Assembly (NCBI GenBank): GCA_017409785.1
Contig: JAFQSD010000004.1
Coordinates: forward strand, 48,663-112,662
Direction: 5' to 3'
Length of the DNA stretch: 64,000 nt
Origin: Bacilli bacterium
GTDB lineage: Bacteria > Bacillota_I > Bacilli_A > RF39 > UBA660
Part shown: in pieces, positions 54,681 to 63,187 of the stretch
Layout of the letters: each line of letters begins with the position of its first letter
Numbering within the stretch: the first letter of the stretch is position 1
Made by a program: the position numbers and the translations under genes
The notes under the pieces: model-generated
What the model was told of the DNA's origin: nothing
Seen by the model: only the letters and a program-made list of their open reading frames with translations
The model's database searches: none

Positions 54681-55625
54681 ATGAAAGTGTTATTATTCAC
54701 TCACAAAAATGATATTGATGGTATGGGAAATGCCATATTAGCTCAACTTGCTTTTGATGAAGTTAATTATGTTTTATGCGGAACATTTGACTTAACAGAT
54801 TTAGTTGAAAAATACTATAAAGATGGAAGTATTTATGATTACGATCGAGTATATGTTACAGATTTATGTTTACAAGATCCAATTCTTTCAAAGATAGCTC
54901 AAGATGAAAAAATATCTAAAAAAATTCAAGTATTTGATCATCACAAAACGTTTGCAGAACCAAAGTATACAAATCATCCATTCATAACAGTGCAATTAGA
55001 AAATGAAAAAGGTCTATGTTGTGGAACAAGTATTTTCTATAATCACTTATTACAAGAAGGACTACTTGCCTCAGACAACCAAGCAATTGCCGAATTTGTT
55101 GAATTAACAAGACAACATGATACATGGGAATGGAGAAATATATATAATAATGAAAAGTCTCGTGAATTATCAATTCTATTTGATGCTCTAGGTTGTGATG
55201 GCTATATTTCATTAATGACTGAAAAATTAAGAAATAAAGAAACAAAAGTTTTTGATTATGATTCTATGGAAAGAACTTTAATTGATAATCGTAAACAGCA
55301 AATAGCTGAGAAATGTAAATTCTATGCAGATAGAATTCATTATAGAGAAATATTAGGAATGAAAGCAGGAATTGTTTTTATAACATATGAATACCGAAAT
55401 GAACTTGCTGAATATTTTAGAGAAAATAAATTTGATATGGACTTTACAATGATGATTGCTTTTGATCCAGGTGTAGTAGCATATAGAAGTGTTAAAGAAG
55501 GAGTACATGTTAGACCAGTAGCTGAACTATTTGGTGGTAAAGGTCATGAAAAAGCAGCTACTAATCCAATAACTGATGAAATGTTAACTGAAATATTAAA
55601 AATATTAACAGAAGAAAAGAAATAA
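54681..55625 (+). CDS. DHH family phosphoesterase
   Basis: FTHKNDIDGMGNA (DxD), FDHHKT (DHH), GGKGHEKAA (the GGGH-like motif of DHHA1). Extended -10 TGATATAAT lies at about 54642. Confidence 0.75.
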   Translation: MKVLLFTHKNDIDGMGNAILAQLAFDEVNYVLCGTFDLTDLVEKYYKDGSIYDYDRVYVTDLCLQDPILSKIAQDEKISKKIQVFDHHKTFAEPKYTNHPFITVQLENEKGLCCGTSIFYNHLLQEGLLASDNQAIAEFVELTRQHDTWEWRNIYNNEKSRELSILFDALGCDGYISLMTEKLRNKETKVFDYDSMERTLIDNRKQQIAEKCKFYADRIHYREILGMKAGIVFITYEYRNELAEYFRENKFDMDFTMMIAFDPGVVAYRSVKEGVHVRPVAELFGGKGHEKAATNPITDEMLTEILKILTEEKK

Positions 55626-55660
55626 TAGTGTGATATAATAAAAAAGAATAGAGGTGACTT

Positions 55661-56554
55661 ATGAAAAATATAAATAATGGAGCAGAATTCTTAAACTTAG
55701 TATTTAAGGATATGACTGACTCAATAAAGTCAAAATCAAACGAACCATCAAAAAGAATTACAGAATATTTAGAAAGACTTGAAAGAATCCATGGAGAAGC
55801 ATTAACTGATGAACGTAAACTAGAAGCATTAAAAGCATTCTACTATGACAAATACATAATTAAGTCTTTACCAGAAAGTTACATTAAATATCGTAAGGGA
55901 TATTTTCATGATTTAGGTTTAGTAGACAAAGAAGAATTAACAGAAGAAGATTTAGGCTTAGTATTAGGATGTATAAAATATGAACAAAGAAAGTCATTAG
56001 ATAATTGGTTAGATTATTTGTTTGATCCAAGTAATAATCAACCAACTTGGTTTAAATATTATGTCTTTCAAGGAATATCTAAAGTAGGTGTATTTTATCC
56101 AATATTAGGTGATTTTACAAAAAGAAGTGCTTCAACAACAGCTCCATTTATTCCTGTAGAACCAGAAGTTATTAATAATATGTATTCACTAGTTTCTAAA
56201 GTTTTAGATAGTGAACCTCTTACTCCAGAAGAACAAGAAATAACTGCTCATGGTTTAAACTTTAGAAATCTTTATAGTAATTTATATACAAAAGGAAAGA
56301 AGAAAGTATCACAATCACAACTTATAGATGATGATGTTCCAGTACACGAAGGACCAGCAATACCAGATTATAATTCATCTGATTCAAGTGCTAATGTATA
56401 TCAAAATCATCAAACAGATGAAAATGGAGTACATATAGGTTCTGCCATACCGGATTATAATTCATCAAGTTATGACTTCGATTCAATACCTCAAGAAGAT
56501 GATGATTTTTTTCTACCTCCATTCGAAGAAGAAAAACCAGCATTTAAAAAATAA
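55661..56554 (+). CDS. hypothetical protein with duplicated C-terminal AIPDYNSS motif
   Basis: 297 aa. VHEGPAIPDYNSSDSS and VHIGSAIPDYNSSSYD lie about 30 aa apart, followed by an acidic tail. Confidence 0.45.
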   Translation: MKNINNGAEFLNLVFKDMTDSIKSKSNEPSKRITEYLERLERIHGEALTDERKLEALKAFYYDKYIIKSLPESYIKYRKGYFHDLGLVDKEELTEEDLGLVLGCIKYEQRKSLDNWLDYLFDPSNNQPTWFKYYVFQGISKVGVFYPILGDFTKRSASTTAPFIPVEPEVINNMYSLVSKVLDSEPLTPEEQEITAHGLNFRNLYSNLYTKGKKKVSQSQLIDDDVPVHEGPAIPDYNSSDSSANVYQNHQTDENGVHIGSAIPDYNSSSYDFDSIPQEDDDFFLPPFEEEKPAFKK

Positions 56555-56563
56555 GGAGATAAA

Positions 56564-57436
56564 ATGACAAAAGTATATTTCACAAAAATTTTAGAACCAC
56601 AAAGTTTAGTAAACATATATAATAAATTAGGAGTAGAATTAACTGGTAATGTAGCTGTAAAACTACACTCTGGTGAAGAAGGTAATCAAAACTACTTAAA
56701 ACCAGAATTTGTTAAAGAATTGATTAATTATGTAAATGGTACAGTAGTAGAATGTAACACTGCTTATCCAGGTAAAAGAAATACTACCAAGAAACATGAA
56801 AAATTAATGGAGAAACATGGTTGGAGTAAATACTTCAATGTAGACATTTTAGATAAAGAACAAGAACTGGTTTTATATAATGAAAATGGAAAAATTATTA
56901 AAAAGAACATTGTAGGAAAAAATATGGAAAACTATGATTCAATGCTAGTTCTTTCACATTTTAAAGGACATCCTATGGGAGGCTTTGGAGGAGCATTAAA
57001 AAATATGTCTATTGGTCTTGCCTCAAGTAAAGGAAAAAAATATATCCATACTGGTGGTAAAGAAAAAAGCACTTATTTAGATTTATTTAGTGCAGACCAT
57101 GACTCATTCCTAATGGCTATGGGTGATGCTTGCAAAACAATAACAGATTACTACAAAGATAAGATTATTTATATAAATGTAATGGTAAATATGTCAGTAG
57201 ACTGTGATTGTTGTGCTAAAGCTAAAGATCCATGTATGCAAGATATTGGAATTCTAGCATCAACTGATCCAGTAGCCTTAGACCAAGCTTGTATTGATTT
57301 AGTTTATAATTCTACCGATCCAGGAAGAGATGAACTTGTAGAAAGAATAGAATCAAAAAATGGTTTATTAACTATTAAAGCCTCAGAAGAACAAGGTGTA
57401 GGTTCAAGAGAATATGAACTTATAAATATAGACTAA
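56564..57436 (+). CDS. DUF362-like protein with Cys cluster
   Basis: VAVKLHSGEEGNQNYLKPEF, SHFKGHPMGGFGGALKNMSIGLAS, VDCDCCAKAKDPC. Confidence 0.5.
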   Translation: MTKVYFTKILEPQSLVNIYNKLGVELTGNVAVKLHSGEEGNQNYLKPEFVKELINYVNGTVVECNTAYPGKRNTTKKHEKLMEKHGWSKYFNVDILDKEQELVLYNENGKIIKKNIVGKNMENYDSMLVLSHFKGHPMGGFGGALKNMSIGLASSKGKKYIHTGGKEKSTYLDLFSADHDSFLMAMGDACKTITDYYKDKIIYINVMVNMSVDCDCCAKAKDPCMQDIGILASTDPVALDQACIDLVYNSTDPGRDELVERIESKNGLLTIKASEEQGVGSREYELINID

Positions 57437-57462
57437 AACAGGAAAAAAATTCCTGTTTTTAT
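57435..57462 (+). terminator. intrinsic terminator after the DUF362 gene
   Basis: aaaacagga-aaaaaat-tcctgtttt followed by T-rich sequence. Confidence 0.6.
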
Positions 57463-57502
57463 ATTTTTATAGTATAATAAAAATGAATTGTTGGAGGTAC
57501 CT

Positions 57503-58639
57503 ATGAATAAAGAAATATATTTTGATAATAATGCCACAACTAAAGTAGATGAATCAGTACTAAATGAAATGTTACCATATCTAAAAGAACAATATGGTAA
57601 TCCGAGTAGTACATACTCATTTGGCAAAAATATAAAAGATAAAATTACTAATATTAGAAAGAACATTGCCAAACTTATAAACGCAGATTATCAAGAAATA
57701 ATCTTCACAAGTTGTGCAAGTGAAAGTAATACAACTGCAATTATGAATGCAGTAAAATCTAATCCAAATAAAAAACATATTATAACTACTAAAGTAGAGC
57801 ATGCATCTATTCTTGAAACATGTAAACACCTAGAAAAAGAAGGATATAGAATTACTTACTTAAATGTTGATAGTCAAGGAAAATTAGATTTAAAAGAATT
57901 AGAAAGTTCTATTACTGAAGATACATTATTGATTTCAATAATGATGGCCAACAACGAATTAGGTAATATTTACCCAATAAAAGAAATAGGACAAATAGCT
58001 AAAAACAACAATATTTTATTTCATTGTGATGCGGTGCAGGCCATAGGTAAAGTAATAGTTGATGTTAAAGAAATGAATATAGATACTTTATCTTTATCAG
58101 GTCATAAAATTCATGCTCCAAAAGGAATAGGTGTTTTATACGTAAAAAAAGACATAGAATTTAATCCTTTAATATTTGGACATCAAGAAAACAATCGTCG
58201 TGGAGGAACAGAGAATGTTCCATATATCATTGCTATTGGTAAAGCAATAGAAAACATATTAAATGATCCAGAATCAAATATAAACATAAAGAAACTACGA
58301 GATGACTTAGAACAAAAAATTATAACTAATATAGAAGACGTTAAAATATATGGAGATAAAGAAAATAGATTACCCAATACATTAAATGTTGCTTTCAAAG
58401 GAGTAAATGCAGAAGAATTATTATTAATGCTAGAATCATTTAATATTTTTGTTTCAACTGGTTCAGCTTGCAATTCTGAATTAGCAGAACCATCACATGT
58501 ATTAGTTGCATGTAATGCAGACTTAGAAAACTATAGCCCAATTAGAATAAGTTTAGGAAAATATAATACTGAAGAAGAAATTGATTTCTTCTTAAAAAGA
58601 TTAATAACAATAGTAAATATGATTAGAAGGAGAAAATAA
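57503..58639 (+). CDS. nifS: NifS/IscS-type cysteine desulfurase (class V aminotransferase)
   Basis: IYFDNNATTKVDESVLNEMLPYLKEQYGNPSS, LSLSGHKIHAPKGIGVLYV (PLP lysine), STGSACNS (catalytic Cys loop). Start at MNKEIY after ggagg. Confidence 0.85.
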   Translation: MNKEIYFDNNATTKVDESVLNEMLPYLKEQYGNPSSTYSFGKNIKDKITNIRKNIAKLINADYQEIIFTSCASESNTTAIMNAVKSNPNKKHIITTKVEHASILETCKHLEKEGYRITYLNVDSQGKLDLKELESSITEDTLLISIMMANNELGNIYPIKEIGQIAKNNNILFHCDAVQAIGKVIVDVKEMNIDTLSLSGHKIHAPKGIGVLYVKKDIEFNPLIFGHQENNRRGGTENVPYIIAIGKAIENILNDPESNINIKKLRDDLEQKIITNIEDVKIYGDKENRLPNTLNVAFKGVNAEELLLMLESFNIFVSTGSACNSELAEPSHVLVACNADLENYSPIRISLGKYNTEEEIDFFLKRLITIVNMIRRRK

Positions 58640-58640
58640 A

Positions 58641-59246
58641 ATGCCAGTAGTAGTAAATTTTAAAATATGTGATAATGCTAAAGAATGTGGTGGAGTAGCA
58701 GTATGCCCAACAGGAGCCTATACATATGATGAAGAAAAAGAAACAATTGTAATTGATAATGACAAATGCATTTCTTGTGGATTATGTGAAAGAGAATGTC
58801 CAATAGGTGCAATTATGGTTGCAAAGACCAAAGAAGAGTATGAAAAAATAAAAGAAGAAGTGGATAATGATCCACGTACAACAAAAGATTTATTTGTAGA
58901 TCGCTATGGAGCAGCACCACTATCAGAATTCTTTATGATTGAAGAAACCGATATAGAAGAAAAAACTAAAAGTCAAGGACTAACTCTAATAGAATTCTAC
59001 AACGATGATTCAATTCAATGTTTATTAAAATCTATTCCGATTAAAGAACTAACAAATTCTTTCCCAAAAGACACTTTGTTTTATAAAGTTGATGTTACAG
59101 AAGAAACAATGAATAAATATTCTATTGAAGAATTACCTGCATTACTAGTATTTAAAAATAAAGAACTTTTAGGAAAAATTGATGGTTACTTTGAAAATGA
59201 TCATAAAGAAGAATTAATAAGTAAATTAGCTGAATTTATTAAATAA
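58641..59246 (+). CDS. fusion of a 2x[4Fe-4S]-type ferredoxin domain and a thioredoxin-fold domain without CxxC
   Basis: CDNAKECGGVAVCPTGA and CISCGLCERECPIGA. The C-half LIEFYNDDSIQC...LPALLVFKNKELLGKIDG is thioredoxin-like but lacks the redox CxxC. It starts 1 nt after the nifS stop. Confidence 0.6.
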   Translation: MPVVVNFKICDNAKECGGVAVCPTGAYTYDEEKETIVIDNDKCISCGLCERECPIGAIMVAKTKEEYEKIKEEVDNDPRTTKDLFVDRYGAAPLSEFFMIEETDIEEKTKSQGLTLIEFYNDDSIQCLLKSIPIKELTNSFPKDTLFYKVDVTEETMNKYSIEELPALLVFKNKELLGKIDGYFENDHKEELISKLAEFIK

Positions 59247-59248
59247 TA

Positions 59249-59280
59249 TGTTATAATATGAAACATTTAGGGGGATTCAT
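59249..59280 (+). promoter_or_regulatory. extended -10 promoter plus short leader (module P3)
   Basis: TGTTATAAT at 59249-59257, then atgaaacatttaggggga before the ATG at 59281. It shares a 17-nt identical stretch (atgttataatatgaaa plus context) with P1. Confidence 0.55.
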
Positions 59281-60075
59281 ATGAGCAAATTATATATTCA
59301 AAATTTAGCACCAATAATAACAGAGCGTTGCAATTTAAAATGTATGCATTGTATGCGTGGAACTGCAACATCAAAGGATATGAAAGATGAAGTTATAGAA
59401 CAACTAGGCCAAATAGATTCAATAGGAAATATAACTATCTGTGGAGGAGAACCTACTTTAGCTTTACCTACATTAGAAAAGTTACTAACATTTATTGTGG
59501 ACAATCATATTGGATTAGACACTCTAACAATGACAATAAATGGTACAAACTATAGTGAAGAATTATTAAGATTATTAGATTATATTGATGAATATATTCC
59601 TAAAAGAAAATATGATGTAAACGCTTTCTTTGGTATATCAAAAGATCCATTTCATGTAAGAGAATTAAAAGATAGAGGTCAAATTGATACATATGTAGAT
59701 AATGTAACTAAATATGTTGAAAGTCCACATTTTCTAGAATATCGTGAAATAGATAAAAAACTATTTAGAGAGGGTAGAGCAGAATCACTTGATCCAAGAA
59801 TTACTATACCTCTAAATCCATGGCCAATAATTTATACATATTTAAAAGAACATGATGTAACAGAAGTGGGACCATTAGTAGCAATTAACCCAGATGGAAT
59901 AGTTACTGAATGTGATGCTTCTTTAGAACATCAAAGAACATTATATAATTATGGAAATATTTTAGAAGAAGATTTAGAGTTAATTATAAAAAGAGTAGGA
60001 GAAGAAGTATCTCCAAGAACATGGTATAGAAAAACTGGAAAAATAATAAAAAAACAAATTAATTACAACAAGTAA
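59281..60075 (+). CDS. small radical SAM protein, unknown substrate
   Basis: ITERCNLKCMHCMRG (CxxxCxxC) and ICGGEPTL (SAM-binding GGE). It is 264 aa with no SPASM-type extra Cys cluster. Confidence 0.7.
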   Translation: MSKLYIQNLAPIITERCNLKCMHCMRGTATSKDMKDEVIEQLGQIDSIGNITICGGEPTLALPTLEKLLTFIVDNHIGLDTLTMTINGTNYSEELLRLLDYIDEYIPKRKYDVNAFFGISKDPFHVRELKDRGQIDTYVDNVTKYVESPHFLEYREIDKKLFREGRAESLDPRITIPLNPWPIIYTYLKEHDVTEVGPLVAINPDGIVTECDASLEHQRTLYNYGNILEEDLELIIKRVGEEVSPRTWYRKTGKIIKKQINYNK

Positions 60076-60119
60076 AGATATCAAAATTTGCAAAAACAAT
60101 AAACTTATGTTATAATTAA

Positions 60120-60345
60120 GCCAGTTAATTAAAAGACGACTCATTCAAAGTAATTATTTTATAATGTTTTATAGAGAGTTTGTGGTTATGTGGAAACAAA
60201 CAAAAATAAAATAATGAATTACAAGTGATGATTTTAATCGGAGAAGTCCGTTATCAAAATAAGGTAATAAACTATTATTACAAATAAAGGTGGTACCACG
60301 AGCATTTCGTCCTTTTGGATGAAGTGCTCTTTTTATTTTCAAAGG
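60120..60345 (+). promoter_or_regulatory. T-box riboswitch leader (Tyr specifier) for tyrS
   Basis: Promoter TGTTATAAT at about 60107. AGAGAG box (tatagagagtt). Candidate specifier UAC followed by A at 60220-60223. T-box aaataaaGGTGGTACCACGagc at 60283-60304. Terminator gagcatttcgtcc-tttt-ggatgaagtgctc plus a T-run. Confidence 0.85.
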
Positions 60346-60356
60346 AGGTGATTTGT

Positions 60357-60455
60357 ATGGATAGTGACTATTACTATTATTACTTTGATGATTGTAATTT
60401 AATTAACTATACAAATTATTTAGGAGGAAATAAAAATGAAAAAGAAATTATTTGA
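60357..60455 (+). CDS. candidate 32-codon Tyr-rich upstream ORF (MDSDYYYYYFDDCNLINYTNYLGGNKNEKEII)
   Basis: Perfect SD AAAGGAGGTGA lies 6 nt upstream. It has five consecutive Tyr codons and 7 Tyr in total. The frame runs across the tyrS SD and ATG and stops 17 nt into tyrS. Confidence 0.35.
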   Translation: MDSDYYYYYFDDCNLINYTNYLGGNKNEKEII

Positions 60456-61674
60456 TATTCTCAAAGAAAGAGGATACATAAAAGATTTAACACACGAACA
60501 AGAAATTATTGATTTATTGAATGGAGAACCATTTACATTTTACTTAGGAATTGATCCGACAGCAGATAGTCTACATATTGGTCATTTCTTTGCCTTAACA
60601 ATGTTTAGATGGTTACAAGATTTTGGACACAAAGGTATTGTCTTAGTTGGAGGAGCAACAGCCCTAATAGGAGATCCGACTGGAAAAAGTGATATGAGAA
60701 AAATGTTATCAAAAGAAGAAGTTGCTCACAACAAAGCTGAAGTAAAAGAATTAGTAAAACGTTTTGTAAAAACAGATGGAGATAATCCTGCAATTATTGT
60801 AGATAATGCAGATTGGATTTCTGATAAGAATTACATAGACTTTATGAGAGACATTGGAGTACACTTCAATGTCAACAATATGCTCCAAGCAGATTGTTAC
60901 AAAAAACGTCTAGAAAATGGTGGATTAACATTCCTAGAAATGGGCTACATGTTAATGCAAGCATTTGACTTTGTACATCTAAATAAAGAATTTGGTTGTA
61001 AACTACAAATAGGTGGTTCAGACCAATGGGGTAATATTATTGCTGGAGTAGACTTATCTAGAAAAATAGGATTTAGTGAAGGTAAAAAAATAGACCCATT
61101 ATTTGGTTTAGTATGTCCATTACTAATAAAAGCAGATGGAGAAAAAATGGGTAAAACAGCAACAGGTACACTATGGGTATCTAGAGATAAAACATCTACA
61201 TTTGAATTTTTCCAAGCATGGATGAATTCATTTGATGAAGATGTTGAAAGAAGTTTATCTTTCTTCACAAGAATGGAAATAGAAGATATAAAAGAACTTT
61301 GCAAAAAAGATATTAGAGAAGCAAAAAAACTTCTGGCTTTCGAAGTAACAAAATTAGTTCATGGTGAAGATGAAGCTATTAAAGCCAGAAAAACATCAGA
61401 AGAACTATTTAGTAATAAAGGTATTTCTGATAACATGCCAAGTATAACTTTATCTAAAGATAAATTAGATATTAATATAGTCGACTTATTAGTAGAAACA
61501 AATCTAGTAACATCTAAATCTGAAGCAAGAAGACTAATAGAACAAAATGGTATAAGTATAAATCAAATAAAAGTAAATAGTGTTAATGATTTAATAACAA
61601 AAGAAAGTTTAACTGAAAACTTTATAATTATTCAAAAAGGTAAAAAAGTATTTTTAAAAGTTATATTTGAATAA
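60436..61674 (+). CDS. tyrS: tyrosine--tRNA ligase
   Basis: GIDPTADSLHIGH (HIGH), KMGKT (KMSKS variant), and a C-terminal S4 domain (SKSEARRLIEQNGISIN). Confidence 0.95.
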   Translation: MKKKLFDILKERGYIKDLTHEQEIIDLLNGEPFTFYLGIDPTADSLHIGHFFALTMFRWLQDFGHKGIVLVGGATALIGDPTGKSDMRKMLSKEEVAHNKAEVKELVKRFVKTDGDNPAIIVDNADWISDKNYIDFMRDIGVHFNVNNMLQADCYKKRLENGGLTFLEMGYMLMQAFDFVHLNKEFGCKLQIGGSDQWGNIIAGVDLSRKIGFSEGKKIDPLFGLVCPLLIKADGEKMGKTATGTLWVSRDKTSTFEFFQAWMNSFDEDVERSLSFFTRMEIEDIKELCKKDIREAKKLLAFEVTKLVHGEDEAIKARKTSEELFSNKGISDNMPSITLSKDKLDINIVDLLVETNLVTSKSEARRLIEQNGISINQIKVNSVNDLITKESLTENFIIIQKGKKVFLKVIFE

Positions 61675-61687
61675 ATATAAATAATAT

Positions 61688-61800
61688 TGTATGATTATAT
61701 ACAAGGAGGAGATAGTATGAAGAAAACGAACATTTCAATTCAAACTATCTCTTTTATTTTCTAGACTTATTATTCCCTTAGGATAATAAGTCTTTTTTTA
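61688..61800 (+). promoter_or_regulatory. leader unit upstream of pyrH: extended -10, 15-codon sORF, terminator
   Basis: TGTATGAT at 61688-61695. SD AAGGAGGAG. sORF 61717..61764 encodes MKKTNISIQTISFIF. Hairpin agacttattat-tccctta-ggataataagtct starts at the sORF stop codon and is followed by T7. Confidence 0.5.
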
Positions 61801-61811
61801 TAGGAGGATAT

Positions 61812-62516
61812 ATGAAATATAAAAGAATATTATTAAAATTAAGTGGAGAATCATTAGCTGGTTCTAAAGGAACAGGAATAGATTTTGATAAAGTATTAGA
61901 TGTTTGTAGAGAAATTACTGAAGTTGCTAAAAAAGGAGTAGAAGTAGCTATAGTGGTTGGTGGAGGAAACTTCTGGAGAGGAAGAAGTAATCAACAAATG
62001 GATAGATGTACATCTGACTATATTGGTATGCTAGGAACTACAATGAATGCACTGGCAATAGGAGATGCTTTTAAACAATTAAATCAACCTGTAAGAGTTC
62101 AAACAGGAGTAGAAATGCGACAAATAGCAGAATACTATATCAAAGATAGAGCAATCAAACATCTAACTAATAATAGAGTTGTAGTATTTGGTTGTGGAAC
62201 TGGTTCACCATTCTTTTCAACTGATACAGCAGCTGCCCTAAGAGCGGCAGAAATAAATGCAGATGCCCTTTTAAAAGCAACAAACGTAGATGGAATCTAT
62301 ACAAAAGATCCAAAGAAATATGAAGATGCTGAAAAGATAGATGAAATAACATATATGGAAGTATTAAATAAAAAACTAAATGTCATGGATACAACAGCAA
62401 CATCACTATGTATGGATAATAATATTCCAATCATAGTATTTGATATAAATACAAACGGTAATTTAAAAAAAGTAGTAGAAGGTAAAAAGATAGGAACTAT
62501 TGTAGAAAACAAATAA
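61812..62516 (+). CDS. pyrH: UMP kinase
   Basis: YKRILLKLSGESLAG, VVGGGNFWRG, GTGSPFFSTDTAAALRA. Confidence 0.95.
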   Translation: MKYKRILLKLSGESLAGSKGTGIDFDKVLDVCREITEVAKKGVEVAIVVGGGNFWRGRSNQQMDRCTSDYIGMLGTTMNALAIGDAFKQLNQPVRVQTGVEMRQIAEYYIKDRAIKHLTNNRVVVFGCGTGSPFFSTDTAAALRAAEINADALLKATNVDGIYTKDPKKYEDAEKIDEITYMEVLNKKLNVMDTTATSLCMDNNIPIIVFDINTNGNLKKVVEGKKIGTIVENK

Positions 62517-62549
62517 CTTTCATGATATATTAAAAACAGGAGTGATACT

Positions 62550-63176
62550 ATGGAAAATAAAAATATATCTGAAACAAAACAAAAAACAAAATTTAATCCA
62601 GGAAGTATCTTATTACTTATAGGATTATTATTAATAGCAGTAGGAGTAGCTTTAACAACCTTTGTACCACAAGAAGAACCAAATACTGAAACACCAAACC
62701 AACCTTCAGAAGAAACTCTTCCAGAAACAGAAACTGAAGTAGGGCAATTAATTGAACTTTCAAAAGAAACTGAAGAAATAACATATGATGAGAATCTACG
62801 TATTAAATTTATTGGAACAAAGAGTTCTGATATGGAAAATGCTTATAAATATAAAGCAGAGATTTATTTAAATGGAGAACTATTAAGTCATAATTTCTAC
62901 ACAGGACAAAATATTTATTCAAGTAATTATGGTGCGTATGTAAAAATTTATAAACTAGAGGGAACATATATTATAAGTTCATTTATTGCTAAACAATGTA
63001 ATGGAAATGATGTTTTAGTATTTACTTCTGATAAAACAGAGATGACTCCATACTTAGATGTGACTTTAGGTGTTGACCAAGAAAATAGTAAATACACTAT
63101 TTCTAAATGTGGTGATTGCATGGATGTAACAACATGCCAAGAAAAGACACTAGAAGTACCAAAATTGACAAAATAA
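62550..63176 (+). CDS. hypothetical membrane-anchored extracellular protein
   Basis: One N-terminal TM helix (ILLLIGLLLIAVGVALTTF), a Pro/Glu/Thr linker, then a globular domain with 4 Cys. Confidence 0.5.
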   Translation: MENKNISETKQKTKFNPGSILLLIGLLLIAVGVALTTFVPQEEPNTETPNQPSEETLPETETEVGQLIELSKETEEITYDENLRIKFIGTKSSDMENAYKYKAEIYLNGELLSHNFYTGQNIYSSNYGAYVKIYKLEGTYIISSFIAKQCNGNDVLVFTSDKTEMTPYLDVTLGVDQENSKYTISKCGDCMDVTTCQEKTLEVPKLTK

Positions 63177-63187
63177 ACAAACTATTA

